DNA of 63,867 nt, counting the filler, from Octopus bimaculoides (Eukaryota), in the NCBI RefSeq assembly GCF_001194135.2. It is 5 parts of 5 records of this genome, joined end to end, with 100 filler letters (N's around TTAATTAATTAA, not from the genome) between each part and the next. Parts side by side here need not be neighbours in the genome. Positions count along the whole stretch, not along the records: positions 35,261 to 55,125 come from NC_068981.1; positions 55,226 to 62,070 come from NC_068982.1; positions 62,171 to 63,867 come from NW_026321765.1; 2 more parts are not named here. One strand, written 5' to 3'. Positions 49,809 to 63,822 of this stretch are shown piece after piece (position 1 is the stretch's first letter; each line of letters starts with the position of its first letter). The notes below the pieces were generated by a model. It ran no database searches and was not told where the DNA came from. It saw only the letters and a program-made list of their open reading frames with translations. A program made the position numbers and the translations under genes.

Positions 49809-50959
49809 NNNNNNNNNNNNNNNNNNNNNNNNNNNNNNNNNNNNNNNNNNNNNNNNNNNNNNNNNNNNNNNNNNNNNNNNNNNNNNNNNNNNNNNNNNNN
49901 NNNNNNNNNNNNNNNNNNNNNNNNNNNNNNNNNNNNNNNNNNNNNNNNNNNNNNNNNNNNNNNNNNNNNNNNNNNNNNNNNNNNNNNNNNNNNNNNNNNN
50001 NNNNNNNNNNNNNNNNNNNNNNNNNNNNNNNNNNNNNNNNNNNNNNNNNNNNNNNNNNNNNNNNNNNNNNNNNNNNNNNNNNNNNNNNNNNNNNNNNNNN
50101 NNNNNNNNNNNNNNNNNNNNNNNNNNNNNNNNNNNNNNNNNNNNNNNNNNNNNNNNNNNNNNNNNNNNNNNNNNNNNNNNNNNNNNNNNNNNNNNNNNNN
50201 NNNNNNNNNNNNNNNNNNNNNNNNNNNNNNNNNNNNNNNNNNNNNNNNNNNNNNNNNNNNNNNNNNNNNNNNNNNNNNNNNNNNNNNNNNNNNNNNNNNN
50301 NNNNNNNNNNNNNNNNNNTATATATATATATATATATTTGCACATACATACATTCATACATATATACATAGAGAATGCCCCTTGAATATTTCTTGTATGT
50401 TAGAACTCTGGAAGAAGTCACGTGACAAAATTATACGCTCTCATGTGTGAACATAGAATCTGATATAAATATTGTCCTCGAGAAAGAAGATAGATATTTT
50501 TAATTGTTAAGAATTGTGATCCATGTGCAGAAATAATATGTTATAATTCGTTGCACAAAAATTAGTGTATAGATAGAATATAATATTCTGAAAGGCTATG
50601 GATTACGATCGTACCTCAAAATAATAAGTTATCACTTAATATGAAAAATAAATAATGTAACAAACGTTAATTTTATGAAGTTTTAGATTGATAACCGAGA
50701 CACTAACATAGTATTTTATGTAAGCTAGTTAAATATAAACATTCATACTCCTTGAGAGCCATGGTAAATATTGATTCTTATGACCACATCAATCAGCATT
50801 CGAAGAAATCGAGTCTGAGTCAGGGAATTCATATGAGAAATAAATAATACATTTCAACCCTATGAGCCCTTCCTGACATGACCTCCACCCTGATCTCCCA
50901 TTGCAAATTTGCAAAAAATTCAGTTATGATATATTTTTATTCATGTGCTAGTTTTTACT

Positions 50960-53119
50960 GCTATTTATGATAAATAAAGAAATAAAATATCTATTTCGTG
51001 ATGTTTATTTTATTTTCTCATTCTACTTCCAAAACGGAACTTTAGCGTGCCAGTCATGCCAACAATTTTGCAGTTGTACCCTGAAACACAAGAAAGCTTT
51101 ACAATAATTACACCAGTAAACTTTTTTTGACTACTTGGGAAAGTCCTTCTATGTAGCACTTGCTTATGGTGTCTAGCCATTATGTGGTCGTGTTTTTCTA
51201 GGCACACAACACACCTATTGTTCAAAGTTGCATGGAGAGCTTTTTCCACCACTGTGGTCTGTAATATTGTAGGCATTTGTCTGTGTTCGGACGTATTTTT
51301 ACCGGCAATAGTTAGCGATAATTGCCTACAAGTTCATGGCAGAGTTTTTAACAAACGTATGGAACTTAAACACTCTTTGCCTCTGAGGATTACGTGGCTT
51401 ATAATGTCTCATGATAACGTACGTATTATATGTGGCCCATATGAAAAGAAAATTTCATAACAAGACTGTGTTGCCATTTGTAATGACGTCTGTTTCGATG
51501 TAGTTTGGGAAGTTAGTCATTTTCATCGGTGCCACCCATATCTGCATTGTAAGTTTGGACAGGTTTTGGGCAAACCACAAGAAGTTTTGTGTGCTTTTTA
51601 CTATCTCGCCTTTGTACTTGAAGGGTGAGTTATAAATGCAGATATTACAAAATAAATGGGATTTTTGTCACACGAAAAAAAATGCTGCTACAATTCCATT
51701 GAATAACAGATTAAATTTCTACCTGTGGATTTGATTTGATGAAGATGGTGGAAAAGGTTTTCAATTTGTAAGTGCAGTACCTACTAAGCAGATTCCTCTG
51801 TTCTCTATCAAAAACTCGGACAAATATGAGCTAGTGTAGAATCTGTCAGTAAACACACAGCAATATTTGTCACGAAATGGTTCCAACATAAGAACAAGCT
51901 TTCCAGTCACACCAAAGTTTTCAATTGTTTCAGCATCCACCCGATGACCTGTATATACTTCTACCTTTGAAATATAGCCATTCTCACTATCACAAACAAG
52001 GAATGTTTTGATACTCTACTTTATCGGTTTTTCTTTGATATGCCGTGTTATAGACAGGGAGATGTTGTCGGAATTATTCCCTCAAGTGGCAAATTGCTTC
52101 ACTGTGTCTAATGCAACTTCAGTTTTCGAACAACTGATTGAACATGGGCTTGGATTTGTAAATCTTGTCAGATTTGCCTTGTTCATTTACACTAGGTAGC
52201 ATAGACCATATTGCTAAAAATTTATCTCTTGTGAAAATCCAGGTATAAGAATGAAGTAATGTTCCTTATCTCGCCTATAATACTCATAGTGTACCATGTG
52301 AATAAGCTTTTCCATCGCTATTCGACAGCGAGAAAATTGCTTTCATCTCTGATATTGTCGAGGCCTTAGAACTAAAGGATTTTGCATAATAATATGAGGT
52401 TATTGCGTTTCTGACATGTCTGCGTGGCAATCAGTTTCATCGACAAAGAGCTGCCACAGATAATAATCCCAGAATAAATTGAAAAAGTCAACAGGGATGC
52501 TCACATTGTTAATTGAATCCGGAAGATTTTCTCGGTCGGGTGTTTCTTTAAGATTGAATTGTTTTTCCGTGAAACCACTAGTGTCACTTGCCCACAGAGG
52601 CTGATCAGACAGTGAGTGAGAAATCCGTCGAACAACTTGATCACCTCCTCTACCGTGACCCTGGCCCCTAACTGGTAGTAAAACATCATCACCTGGGCCG
52701 TGATTATCAACAGAGTCATTATCATTTTCATTTTCACCTACGTTTACACTCGTGGTATCATTTGTAAGTTTGACATCATCTTCACTCTCTTCGCTTTCAA
52801 AATAACTCTTACTTTCATAATCAGACTCTCCACTCTCAGCCCCAGAATTGGCATTATGATTCGTAATTGCTGATTGGTTGTCACTTTCTTACACTTCACG
52901 TTTAAAGAAAGATAAATAAATAAATAAAAACTAAAATATCTGCAATTTAGGTGTAAAAAATTCTCAAAGCTTCTCTCGGAAGTTCGGTTGTGAATAGAAG
53001 CTTAAACTGCGATGTAAAACGGTATTTTATTGGTTCAATAACGGACAAGCGGGTTATAACGGACTAACAGGTATATGTACTATATACTCAGGCCGGGCCT
53101 GGCGGGTTCGAAGTGTTAA
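50960..53119 (-). mobile_element. piggyBac transposon remnant (PGBD4-like transposase pseudogene)
   Basis: IKTFLVCDSENGYISKVEVYTG, VFTDRFYTSSYLSEFLIENRGICLVGT and C-terminal NRCVVCLEK; TTAA-bounded end GGGTTCGAAGTG|TTAA at 53116-53119. Confidence 0.88.
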
Positions 53120-54611
53120 AACAATATTTTCACATCTTTGCATTTTTATGTTGCCCTACTATTATAAGCTTATACAATCTAAGCGAAAGATATATGGCTT
53201 GTACATATTAGAAAGGCATTTTGAAATATATCTATAAGGTAACAAGTAAATACTAAATTCATTAAAATCTCCATACCATCGTATGAAGAGTTCATATGAA
53301 TAAATGATAGATAAATATTAGAGTTTAAAAAATGATAATGGCGAAGGTGTATGGCAGAAAATAAATACAGCATTAAAATAAAGCAATATATGCATATCAA
53401 ATAGTATATATGATGCATATTATACTAATAATAGTCTCTATGCTGATGCCCAAGAACGATAAGTATATGGGGGAGTAAGAGGTAAATGAATGGGAGAATG
53501 AAAATAGTATATCTAAATATTGTGAAGATTTTGGAAAAGATACTGATATTTCTGGTAACTATCATGATCGCGCTTATCTACTAAATTCTCCTTAATAGGA
53601 TCCTGATCGTAACTTTCAGCAGCAGTACTGCACCTGATTTTGGAGAGTGTCACAAATAAATACGGCGATTAACAAAAACTGATAATGAAAGTTATGCAAT
53701 ATATCAAAGGTGATAAATACAACGGCAATTTGGAATTTCACACGTGTTACGAAATTGAATTTAGTAAAATTAACTTAACACAAAGTACAAATTTTAATGA
53801 CTTAATCAAATATAATTTGCATCACATATGACCGCTTTCACACACAAATGGATAAACATATACACGCACATATTTTTAAAGGTATGTATGTATATGAACA
53901 TACATGCTTACTTACATGCGTATGAATGAAACAAACGTGAGTCAGTTCATAGATCAGTACAGACTAGTACAAACAAGCGAGTCAGTGTTCATAGACTAGT
54001 ATAGACTACTACAGCGATGTACCAATATCTCTTATTCAGTTCATAGACTATTTAAGCCACCTTAAACATGCTTCAGTGAAGATAAAGCCCACATATTGAA
54101 ATTTAGGTTAGGTAGGATGTGTAGATCTCCATGTATATATCTAATAATGTAAGTCAATATCGTATATCATCTTTTAGTCGGGAGGGAATGCTGTTCGAAT
54201 GAGTCGTAGCCTCAACTCATATCCCACCCCTAAAGCTGGCAATGGAATGGATCCCACTAAATTTGCGAGTTGATTCCGCAGAACGAATTAAATCTACAAA
54301 GAATTTGGTCATGATTGCATTTGAACTCGCAAAAAATTGTGAAGAAACGAATATCGCAGCACACCTGGTCCGCCTTTTAGTAGGGGATTCCTGGAGGCAA
54401 AGAGAATGAAAGCATACAGAACAAGTTTAAACTCAGCATACACAGACAGAAACATAGACACACACACACGCACGGACGCACACACATAACTATGTACGTA
54501 AAACTACAGCATTGGAGATGTTCAGCTCTCATTTGTAGCGACGTGGGTGACTCCTAACACCATATTCACTTTTATTGACAATCATGATTCTTTTTTTTAG
54601 CGAGACATCGC

Positions 54612-55025
54612 AAACTGCTGTGGTAAGTAGCTTACTTACCAACCACATGGTCCTGGGTTCAGTACCAGTGCGTGGTAACTTCGGCAAGTGACTTCTACTA
54701 TAGCCTCGGGCCCACCAAATACTTGTGAGTGGATTTTGTAGACTGAAACTGAAAGAACGCCATCGTCTATATGTGTTTGTGTGTGAGTGTGTGTGCGCGC
54801 GCGCGACGCGCGTGTGTGTTTCTGTCTCTGAGTTTGTACCCCACCAACGCTTGACAACCGATGTTGGTGTGTTTACCTCTCCGTAACTTAGCGGTTCTAC
54901 AACATTGACTGATAGAATAAACACTAGGCTTACAAAGAATAATCCCTGGGATCGATTTATTCGACTACAGGCGGTGCTCCAGCATGGCCGCAGTCAAATG
55001 ACGAACAAATAAATGAATGAAAGAA
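54612..55025 (+). mobile_element. SINE family B, full-length
   Basis: Head GTGGTAAGTAGCTTACTTACCAACCACATGG and tail GGCGGTGCTCCAGCATGGCCGCAGTCAAATGA. Confidence 0.9.
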
Positions 55026-55080
55026 TATATATATACAGAGAGAAAGAGAAAGGGAGACAGATAGCGATACGTATATATAT

Positions 55081-55115
<35 letters not shown>

Positions 55116-55225
55116 CATATATATANNNNNNNNNNNNNNNNNNNNNNNNNNNNNNNNNNNNNNNNNNNNTTAATTAATTAANNNNNNNNNNNNNNNNNNN
55201 NNNNNNNNNNNNNNNNNNNNNNNNN

Positions 55226-55258
<33 letters not shown>

Positions 55259-56079
55259 GCACATAAAATTTAAATTAAGAAAAGAAATGGAGGAAAAAGT
55301 ATAATAGATATTTGGTTCATTTTATTTGTATGAGAATGGAAAAGTAATGCAAAGCAAAAGTGATACATATAAGAATGAGGATAAAAGAAACCGGATCAAC
55401 AAGACAACCAGAAATTATCCGAAAAATCCTACACATTTTCCAGTCCGGCAGTATGTTTGAATCATCAACATTCAAAAGTGTATAAATGTAAAAAAAAACA
55501 ACATATATTGTCGGGTATCTTCAGGGAAAAGTAAATATATTTTCCGTTCTTGAATTACGAAACAACTAATTTGAGGACTGTGTTTTGTAGTTTTCAGATG
55601 TAAACAATAACTTTTTGAGAAACGGAGTTCATGTGATCAGATATTGATCTTTGACATTTAACTAATGCATTTGAAAAATATATTTATAAAAGTTTATGGG
55701 AGGAAAATGGGATAAAGTCAAACGTAACTTATCTTTAGAAATGTAAAGAAAGAAGGGCTGAAAGGTATACTTATATTATACTACGATAATATTTTATAGA
55801 AGTAATTTCAGAGAAATATTATAATATTGGTATTATTTAAGATATAAATGTGTTATCCTTATTCTTATCTGTATCACTGTCATTTTGCAGTACTTTTCCA
55901 TTGTGATACAAATAAAATGAACCAAGTGTCTCTTGTACTTTTTCTTCTCCATTCTCTTTTATTAACTTCAGACTGTCTATACATATATATTGAGGAACTT
56001 TCAATATACATGATATAGTCATTTGGCATCTGGATTGTTATCAACTATCTCTTACCAAGAAATTACATCCTCAAAATTT

Positions 56080-56128
<49 letters not shown>

Positions 56129-56674
56129 NNNNNNNNNNNNNNNNNNNNNNNNNNNNNNNNNNNNNNNNNNNNNNNNNNNNNNNNNNNNNNNNNNNNNNNN
56201 NNNNNNNNNNNNNNNNNNNNNNNNNNNNNNNNNNNNNNNNNNNNNNNNNNNNNNNNNNNNNNNNNNNNNNNNNNNNNNNNNNNNNNNNNNNNNNNNNNNN
56301 NNNNNNNNNNNNNNNNNNNNNNNNNNNNNNNNNNNNNNNNNNNNNNNNNNNNNNNNNNNNNNNNNNNNNNNNNNNNNNNNNNNNNNNNNNNNNNNNNNNN
56401 NNNNNNNNNNNNNNNNNNNNNNNNNNNNNNNNNNNNNNNNNNNNNNNNNNNNNNNNNNNNNNNNNNNNNNNNNNNNNNNNNNNNNNNNNNNNNNNNNNNN
56501 NNNNNNNNNNNNNNNNNNNNNNNNNNNNNNNNNNNNNNNNNNNNNNNNNNNNNNNNNNNNNNNNNNNNNNNNNNNNNNNNNNNNNNNNNNNNNNNNNNNN
56601 NNNNNNNNNNNNNNNNNNNNNNNNNNNNNNNNNNNNNNNNNNNNNNNNNNNNNNNNNNNNNNNNNNNNNNNNNN

Positions 56675-56742
<68 letters not shown>

Positions 56743-57480
56743 GCATGCATACATACACAGAACGCATACACAAGAAAAGCACATACGTTTACATAAATTC
56801 TACTTTAAGGAGATAAGATTACACTGGTGCTTGAAATAATAGTAATTGCAAGATCACCCCAGCAGCATTTTTACTTAAGTGAATGACTATTTAATTCCTA
56901 AAACCTACCACAAATTCCCTTTTCAATAGTTCTCTTTCCCTGCCTGCAGATATGTCTCTTTTAATTTCAGCTAATACACGAGGTAAATAATCTATCAGAT
57001 ACTGTCTTCCTAATACATACTTGATAACAGTCCTTTTTGAAGGAGAAGAAATGAAACATCTCCAGGGACAAGTTTCCTTATCTATGACGCCGACGACCTA
57101 ATTGGATTAAAACAATAAATCTTTCGAATCTCTAAATTCTTCACGAATATTTGGTTGTCTCTGTAGACTTGTGTACTTATGCCAAATGGTAAAATTAATA
57201 TTTGATATATAAAGTCCATAGTGGGTTTGAACATTTTTAAATATATAAAATAAGCTATTTGTCACAACAGTGAAGATACAGAGCTATCGTAAATTGTTAA
57301 ATATCTCGGCATTTTTGTTGTAATACATATGTGCGATATATCATGATATCGTGTGTTTACTTACTGTAGTATAGAAGAAATATGTAGTTATGTAGTAGGA
57401 TGGAATTAATCGAATTAATCGTGATGTAAGTGAAAGTGTAGGGTCAATACACGTTTTTATGTGTGCGTGTATGTGCGAGC

Positions 57481-57810
57481 GTGGAGGCGCAATGGCCCAC
57501 TGGTTAGGGCAACGGACTTGCAGTCATAGGATCGCGGTTTCAATTCGCAGACTGGGCATTGTGAGTGTTTATTGAGCGAAAACACCTAAAGCTCCACGAC
57601 GCTCCTGCAGGGGATGGTGGCGAACCCTGCTGTACTCTTCCACCACAACTTTCTCTCACTCTTACTTCCTGTTTCTGTTGTGCCTGTAACTCAAAGGATC
57701 AGCCTTGTCACACTGTGTCACGCTGAATATCCCCGAGAATTACGTTAAGGGTACATGTGTCTGTGGATTGCTCAGCCACTTGCACGTTAATTTCACGAGC
57801 AGGTTGTTTG
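57481..57810 (+). mobile_element. tRNA-derived SINE sharing its 3' module with family A but with a different head and body
   Basis: TGGCCCACTGGTTAGG A-box-like and GGTTTCAATTC B-box-like motifs; 3' CAGCCTTGTCACACT...CACTTGCACGTTAATTTCACGAGCAGG. Confidence 0.75.
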
Positions 57811-58211
57811 TACATACATTTATATACATGCGTGTGTGTGAAATGTAATTATTTTCAATTTGTTAGAACCGTACATGTCGGAAAATATTCCTAGGGGCAT
57901 TTGTTCCGGTTGTTTTTGTTCTGACTTAAAACCACTTTAGACCTCTTTGCTCTTCATCCTTTAGCAATCGATAAAATAAAATACCAGTCAAACACGTGTT
58001 CGATCGTACAGACTAAACGCTATCCTTTTCAAATTTCACAAAATGCGCCTAAATCAGAAAGCATAATTTTATATTGAAAGATTGTAAAGGCTAATAGTAG
58101 CGAAAATTCCATTTGATTGGCAATAGTAGATGAATTTGAAGGCTTAACTCGAATGATGAATACATATGATGCCTGGATACATACATATCTGTATACACAC
58201 TGCGTATATGG

Positions 58212-58365
58212 AATTATAAGGAACTTGCTTCCCAGCCATTTGGTTTCCATTTCAGTCTCACTGTGCAGCAAGTTTTTACGTGTCCTGTACTATAGTGCCG
58301 GGCCGACCTAATCTGTGTGATTGGATTTGGTAGACGGAAACTGAAAGCATCCCATCGTATGAGTA
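58212..58365 (+). mobile_element. SINE family B, diverged head/body with uninterrupted target motif
   Basis: AAGGAACTTGCTTCCCAGCC...GGATTTGGTAGACGGAAACTGAAAG. Confidence 0.75.
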
Positions 58366-58432
58366 TATAGTGTGAACCCCTTCGGTCATGAATGACATGG
58401 GATAGCACCTAGAAAGTGGGCGCGCACACACG

Positions 58433-58472
<40 letters not shown>

Positions 58473-59545
58473 CAGGGTATCCACAAAGTCTGGCTACATG
58501 GATTAAATAAAATCATAACAAACAATTATATAAAAGAAATTAATATTTCTNNNNNNNNNNNNNNNNNNNNNNNNNNNNNNNNNNNNNNNNNNNNNNNNNN
58601 NNNNNNNNNNNNNNNNNNNNNNNNNNNNNNNNNNNNNNNNNNNNNNNNNNNNNNNNNNNNNNNNNNNNNNNNNNNNNNNNNNNNNNNNNNNNNNNNNNNN
58701 NNNNNNNNNNNNNNNNNNNNNNNNNNNNNNNNNNNNNNNNNNNNNNNNNNNNNNNNNNNNNNNNNNNNNNNNNNNNNNNNNNNNNNNNNNNNNNNNNNNN
58801 NNNNNNNNNNNNNNNNNNNNNNNNNNNNNNNNNNNNNNNNNNNNNNNNNNNNNNNNNNNNNNNNNNNNNNNNNNNNNNNNNNNNNNNNNNNNNNNNNNNN
58901 NNNNNNNNNNNNNNNNNNNNNNNNNNNNNNNNNNNNNNNNNNNNNNNNNNNNNNNNNNNNNNNNNNNNNNNNNNNNNNNNNNNNNNNNNNNNNNNNNNNN
59001 NNNNNNNNNNNNNNNNNNNNNNNNNNNNNNNNNNNNNNNNNNNNNNNNNNNNNNNNNNNNNNNNNNNNNNNNNNNNNNNNNNNNNNNNNNNNNNNNNNNN
59101 NNNNNNNNNNNNNNNNNNNNNNNNNNNNNNNNNNNNNNNNNNNNNNNNNNNNNNNNNNNNNNNNNNNNNNNNNNNNNNNNNNNNNNNNNNNNNNNNNNNN
59201 NNNNNNNNNNNNNNNNNNNNNNNNNNNNNNNNNNNNNNNNNNNNNNNNNNNNNNNNNNNNNNNNNNNNNNNNNNNNNNNNNNNNNNNNNNNNNNNNNNNN
59301 NNNNNNNNNNNNNNNNNNNNNNNNNNNNNNNNNNNNNNNNNNNNNNNNNNNNNNNNNNNNNNTATATAAGATTCCAATACCGTTCTTTTATTTGTTTCAA
59401 TCATTTGACTGTGGCCATCCTGGAGTAGTCCAGCAAGTTTAGTCCAGCAAATCAACTCCGGACATAATTCTTAAGCCTAGTCTTTATTCTATCGGTTAAT
59501 TTTACCGAACCGCTATGTTACGGGGACCTAACAACACAACGAATA

Positions 59546-60111
59546 TGGACAACTCACAACCGCGAACTCAACACCGCTGACTCAACGCCAGGACAACTCA
59601 ACACCAGGAAAATTGATAAATAAATAAATTATTCGTTTTATAACTTGATTCGTTTTATAACATTATCAGAAATTTATAAAAAGATTAATCTTAATACATA
59701 GCTTGAATTTTAAAAAAAAGCAGAACTTTTAAATTCGAAACATTATCAGAAATTTATAAAAATATTAATCTTAATAGATGGCTTGAATAAAAAAAAGTAG
59801 AACTTTTGGAATTCGAAACATTATAAGAAATTAAAAAATTTCCACTTCCAGTAAGTTGCAGTAAATTTAACATTCAGTAAATTTCTCATTTAAATTTTAG
59901 CCTTGGATTAAAAATGTATAATTTCTCAAATACTTTTATTCGAATCTTAAAATTTATGTAATGTATTAAATTAGTCTTTTATAAATAACTGGTAATGTTA
60001 TAAAACAAATAAATTATTTACTAATCAGTTTTTCTGGTGTTGATCTATCTTGGTGTTGAGTTGTCCTGGCGTTGAGTCGGCGATGTTAAGTTGGCCGTGT
60101 TGAGTTGTCCA
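59546..60111. mobile_element. TIR DNA transposon/MITE with reiterated CAACTCAAC[A/G]CC submotifs and 80-bp internal tandem repeats
   Basis: TGGACAACTCA...GGACAACTCAACACCAGG versus ...TGGTGTTGAGTTGTCC...TGAGTTGTCCA; internal units start at 59661, 59741 and 59819. Confidence 0.8.
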
Positions 60112-60213
60112 CTTAATACACAACAGCGGTTGTCAAGTGGTGTGAGAAGGACAACACAGACACAAAAACACACACATAGATATATACATACATATATACA
60201 TACACACATATGT

Positions 60214-60245
<32 letters not shown>

Positions 60246-60329
60246 ACTTCTGATATAGGATAATATTTTTCAAAAACTTTCATCAGTGGCCAGCATATTA
60301 AAATACCTTTTAGGGTGAAAATTATAAAC

Positions 60330-60508
60330 AATTATAAATATGGGCAAAAGAAAGAAATTTCTTTGCCAATATGCTAAGAAACAGATTTTATATCATCAGT
60401 TATCACATACAATATTGAAAAATATTGTATGTGGTGATTGACGATATAAAGTCTATTTCTCAGTATATTGGCATAGAAATTTCTTTCTTTTGCCCTTATT
60501 TATAATTA
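60330..60508. mobile_element. Hairpin MITE, ~87-bp arms with a 4-nt GAAA loop
   Basis: 60330-60416 is the diverged reverse complement of 60421-60508; flanked by TA-rich sequence. Confidence 0.85.
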
Positions 60509-62011
60509 TATATATATGACGGGCTTCTTTCAGTCTCCGTCTACCAAATTCACGCACCTGGCTTTGGTTGGCCCGAGGCTATAGGAGAAGACACTTGCTG
60601 AAGCTGACACACGGTAGGACTGGACCCGGACTATGTGTGTTGAGAAGCAAGCTTCTTGCCACACATGCACATACAGGCATGCCTGAGCAGTGTTTTTTTC
60701 TCTTTATGTAAGTTACATAAAGCTTCGAGTAACTGTCGTGATTTGAGGAACGAAGTGGAGGATTTATAAATATATGTTGAGTCTCTTACAGGTTGCATTC
60801 CCTGACGGTTTGTCACCTATTCCGGACAAGTGGAACTGCGGTAATGTGAGTTAATAAAACTTCTCCCAAATTGAGGTCCAAGCTGACAGTTAAAACACGC
60901 ATATATTTCGAAATTTTGTCCATTCAGCCATTTCGTCCCTGTACAATTCAATGTACAATTGAAGAAGTGCGATATTATGTGTGATAATATTGCATTGAAA
61001 TATTACAATAAATGGTAATTATTAGAAGACCAACTATGGTTTTATAGTTAGATACAATTTGAGCATGAAATCCTAATTAATGTTGTAATTAATTTCGGGG
61101 TTAAAACCGAATGTTAAATATAGGAAAATATGATTTAATTACATTAGCGAAATAAATCAATGAATATCATTAATTGGTTTTTGTCTCAAGAAAATTCATT
61201 TAAAATATTTCCAAATATATTCCATGTAAAATAATTTATTCATTGTTCTGCTTAGCTTCAATAATTATCTTTTCTTTCTCCTCACTAAAACTATAAGAAA
61301 TATGGAATTTTTTCAATGAATTCCATATGTTCTTTCCAGCAGTTAGATGACGCGCGCACGCACACACATACTCACGCGTACACACACATGGACACGCGCG
61401 CACGGGCACACACACGCACATATGCACATGCGCGCGCACACACACACAGACACGCACGGACGCACACAATCACATACATATACATAATCAGTAGCAGAGA
61501 CTAATTTCCTATTGTTAGGTACCAAACTTACTGATTATGTATTTCGCTTACACTCGGAGTGAACAGCCCAGTTTCGTGTACATCTACATAGGTTATGACT
61601 CCTGACATATATTCACAAGTATGAACTAATATTCCTGCAATACGGCATTCTGAAATTTTGTATATGATTAACTTTTTAAGATATATAAAATGCTAACGTC
61701 ATTGTTTTCTCCTTGGTCGCTTCGATGTATGTCAACCACTTGAGGGGAAAATAATTGCCACATGTGTGGTTAAAAGTTTGTTTTTCTTTTATTCTATAAC
61801 TGGTTAATAGAATATTAAGATGACGTGCGGGTTGAATTGTAAAATTTCTATCTTTGATTTATGTCGGATATTTCAAGCAAATTCTTCCAGTTCGTTTTAA
61901 ACATACAAATACAGTCATAGCACCAACTACCTTCTAAATCGATGTATATGTCTCACTTAGATAAATTAAATTAACACTACATACGTACAAGGGCCTCTGA
62001 CTATTATATAT

Positions 62012-62070
<59 letters not shown>

Positions 62071-62357
62071 NNNNNNNNNNNNNNNNNNNNNNNNNNNNNN
62101 NNNNNNNNNNNNNNTTAATTAATTAANNNNNNNNNNNNNNNNNNNNNNNNNNNNNNNNNNNNNNNNNNNNTATATATATATATATATATGTACATACATA
62201 TATATATATGTACATACATGCATATATATTATACTTCCACATCAATTATATATATAATATCTTTATATATATATGTATGTACATATATATATTATTATAA
62301 TTATATATATATATGTATGTATACGTACATACATACATACAAATACACATATACATG

Positions 62358-62388
<31 letters not shown>

Positions 62389-62409
62389 TCATACACACAC
62401 ACACACACT

Positions 62410-62443
<34 letters not shown>

Positions 62444-62883
62444 CACACGCGCGCGCATTTCCAGTCATTCGCCATTATACAGGATGTCTCCAACTAACGA
62501 GATAACAATAATATATCTATTTCAACGCGAAGACATTCCTTCAGGTCTTCCATACCGTCTGCTGGCAACTGTCATTAACTTCCACTCTCCTTTCACCATC
62601 GATAGTCGTTATGTGACAACCGGTTTCATGTTGTTTTGCAAATATCTAGCGGACATTAACACTTATCACATTTGAAGAAGGGAAATAGACGGACGTGCAA
62701 TTATAATTGCTGGTGATGTTGCTGTTGGTGTTTATGAAAGTGAATGATGTAGATGTTGTTGTTATTGTTTTGTTGTTGTTGTTGTTGTTGTTGTTATTAT
62801 GGTTGTTATGAGGTTTTTTTTTCTATTACTGATGTAAAAAAAAAAAAAATTANNNNNNNNNNAAAAGTACAAGCAGAGGTGGT

Positions 62884-62947
<64 letters not shown>

Positions 62948-63094
62948 GCCTGTCTGTTTGTCTGTCTGTCTATATCTATCCATCTATCTATCTGTCCAGC
63001 CCTGTGCGGCCAATAAAGAAACATATCTATCTATTTATCTGTGTGTCTGTCTGCCTGTCTGCCTGTCTGTCCGTCTGTTTGTCTATCTACCTAT

Positions 63095-63260
63095 CTACCG
63101 ACGCTACCACCTCTGTCACCACCGCCTCTGCCAGCACCGCCACCACTGCCGCCGCTACCACCTCCGCCACCGCCACCGCCTCTACCACCGCCGCCATCAC
63201 CACCACTGCCGCCGCCGCCACCACCACCACCGCCGCCGCCACCACCATAACCACGGAATC
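63095..63260. repeat. Degenerate (CCA/CCG)n trinucleotide tract
   Basis: GC-rich triplets giving poly-P/T/A pseudo-ORFs in all frames. Confidence 0.75.
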
Positions 63261-63601
63261 TAACAAGAAAACTTCATAGATGTGATATGATACAAGACGA
63301 AAAGAAAAGAAAAGTAAAAAACATACCCCATTAAACAACGCCCATTAAAGAAACCCATTAAAAAAGTCCCATAAACAACAACAATTACAACAGCAGCAAC
63401 AACAACAGCAACAGCAACAATGAAAAGAAGAAAAGGTAGAAACACCAATAACGCATTAAGAAGACGAAGAACAACAACAACAATAATAACAATGATAACG
63501 AAAGCACTATTATGAACAAGAACAAAAACGTATGTCTGTGTCTACACTTCTACACACACACACAAAACACACGCACATACATACATAGACACACATACGT
63601 T

Positions 63602-63648
<47 letters not shown>

Positions 63649-63649
<1 letters not shown>

Positions 63650-63820
63650 GGCGCAGGAGTGGCTGTGTGGTAAGTAAGCTTGCTTACCAACCACATGGTT
63701 CCGGGTTCAGTCCCACTGCGTGGCACCTTGGGCAAGTGTCTTCTACTATAGCCTCGGGCCGACCAAAAGCCTTGTGAGTGGATTTGGTAGACGGAAACTG
63801 AAAGAAGCCCGTCGTATATA
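63649..63820 (+). mobile_element. SINE family B head/body, near consensus
   Basis: AGGCGCAGGAGTGGCTGTGTGGTAAGTAAGCTTGCTTACCAACCACATGGTTCCGGGTTCAGTCCCACTGCG...GAAAGAAGCCCGTCG. Confidence 0.92.
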
Positions 63821-63822
63821 TT

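Larger units (their letters stand above)
59378..60680 (-). mobile_element. SINE family B copy carrying two nested insertions
   Basis: Tail at 59378-59540, resumes at ~60113 (GGTTGTCAAG), head at 60515-60680. Confidence 0.8.

Noticed and set aside
63087-63279. Mucin-like Thr/Ala-rich or poly-Pro ORFs (similarly 1102-1305, 9560-9650, 9900-10020, 10385-10510)
   Set aside because: Degenerate triplet tracts open in several frames and lacking convincing paired splice sites. The minus-strand donor-like site near 10383 has no matching acceptor.
63649-63725. Functional tRNA genes at SINE heads (also 34591, 34821, 57481, 2817)
   Set aside because: A and B boxes are present but there is no closed cloverleaf, and each runs into SINE body sequence.
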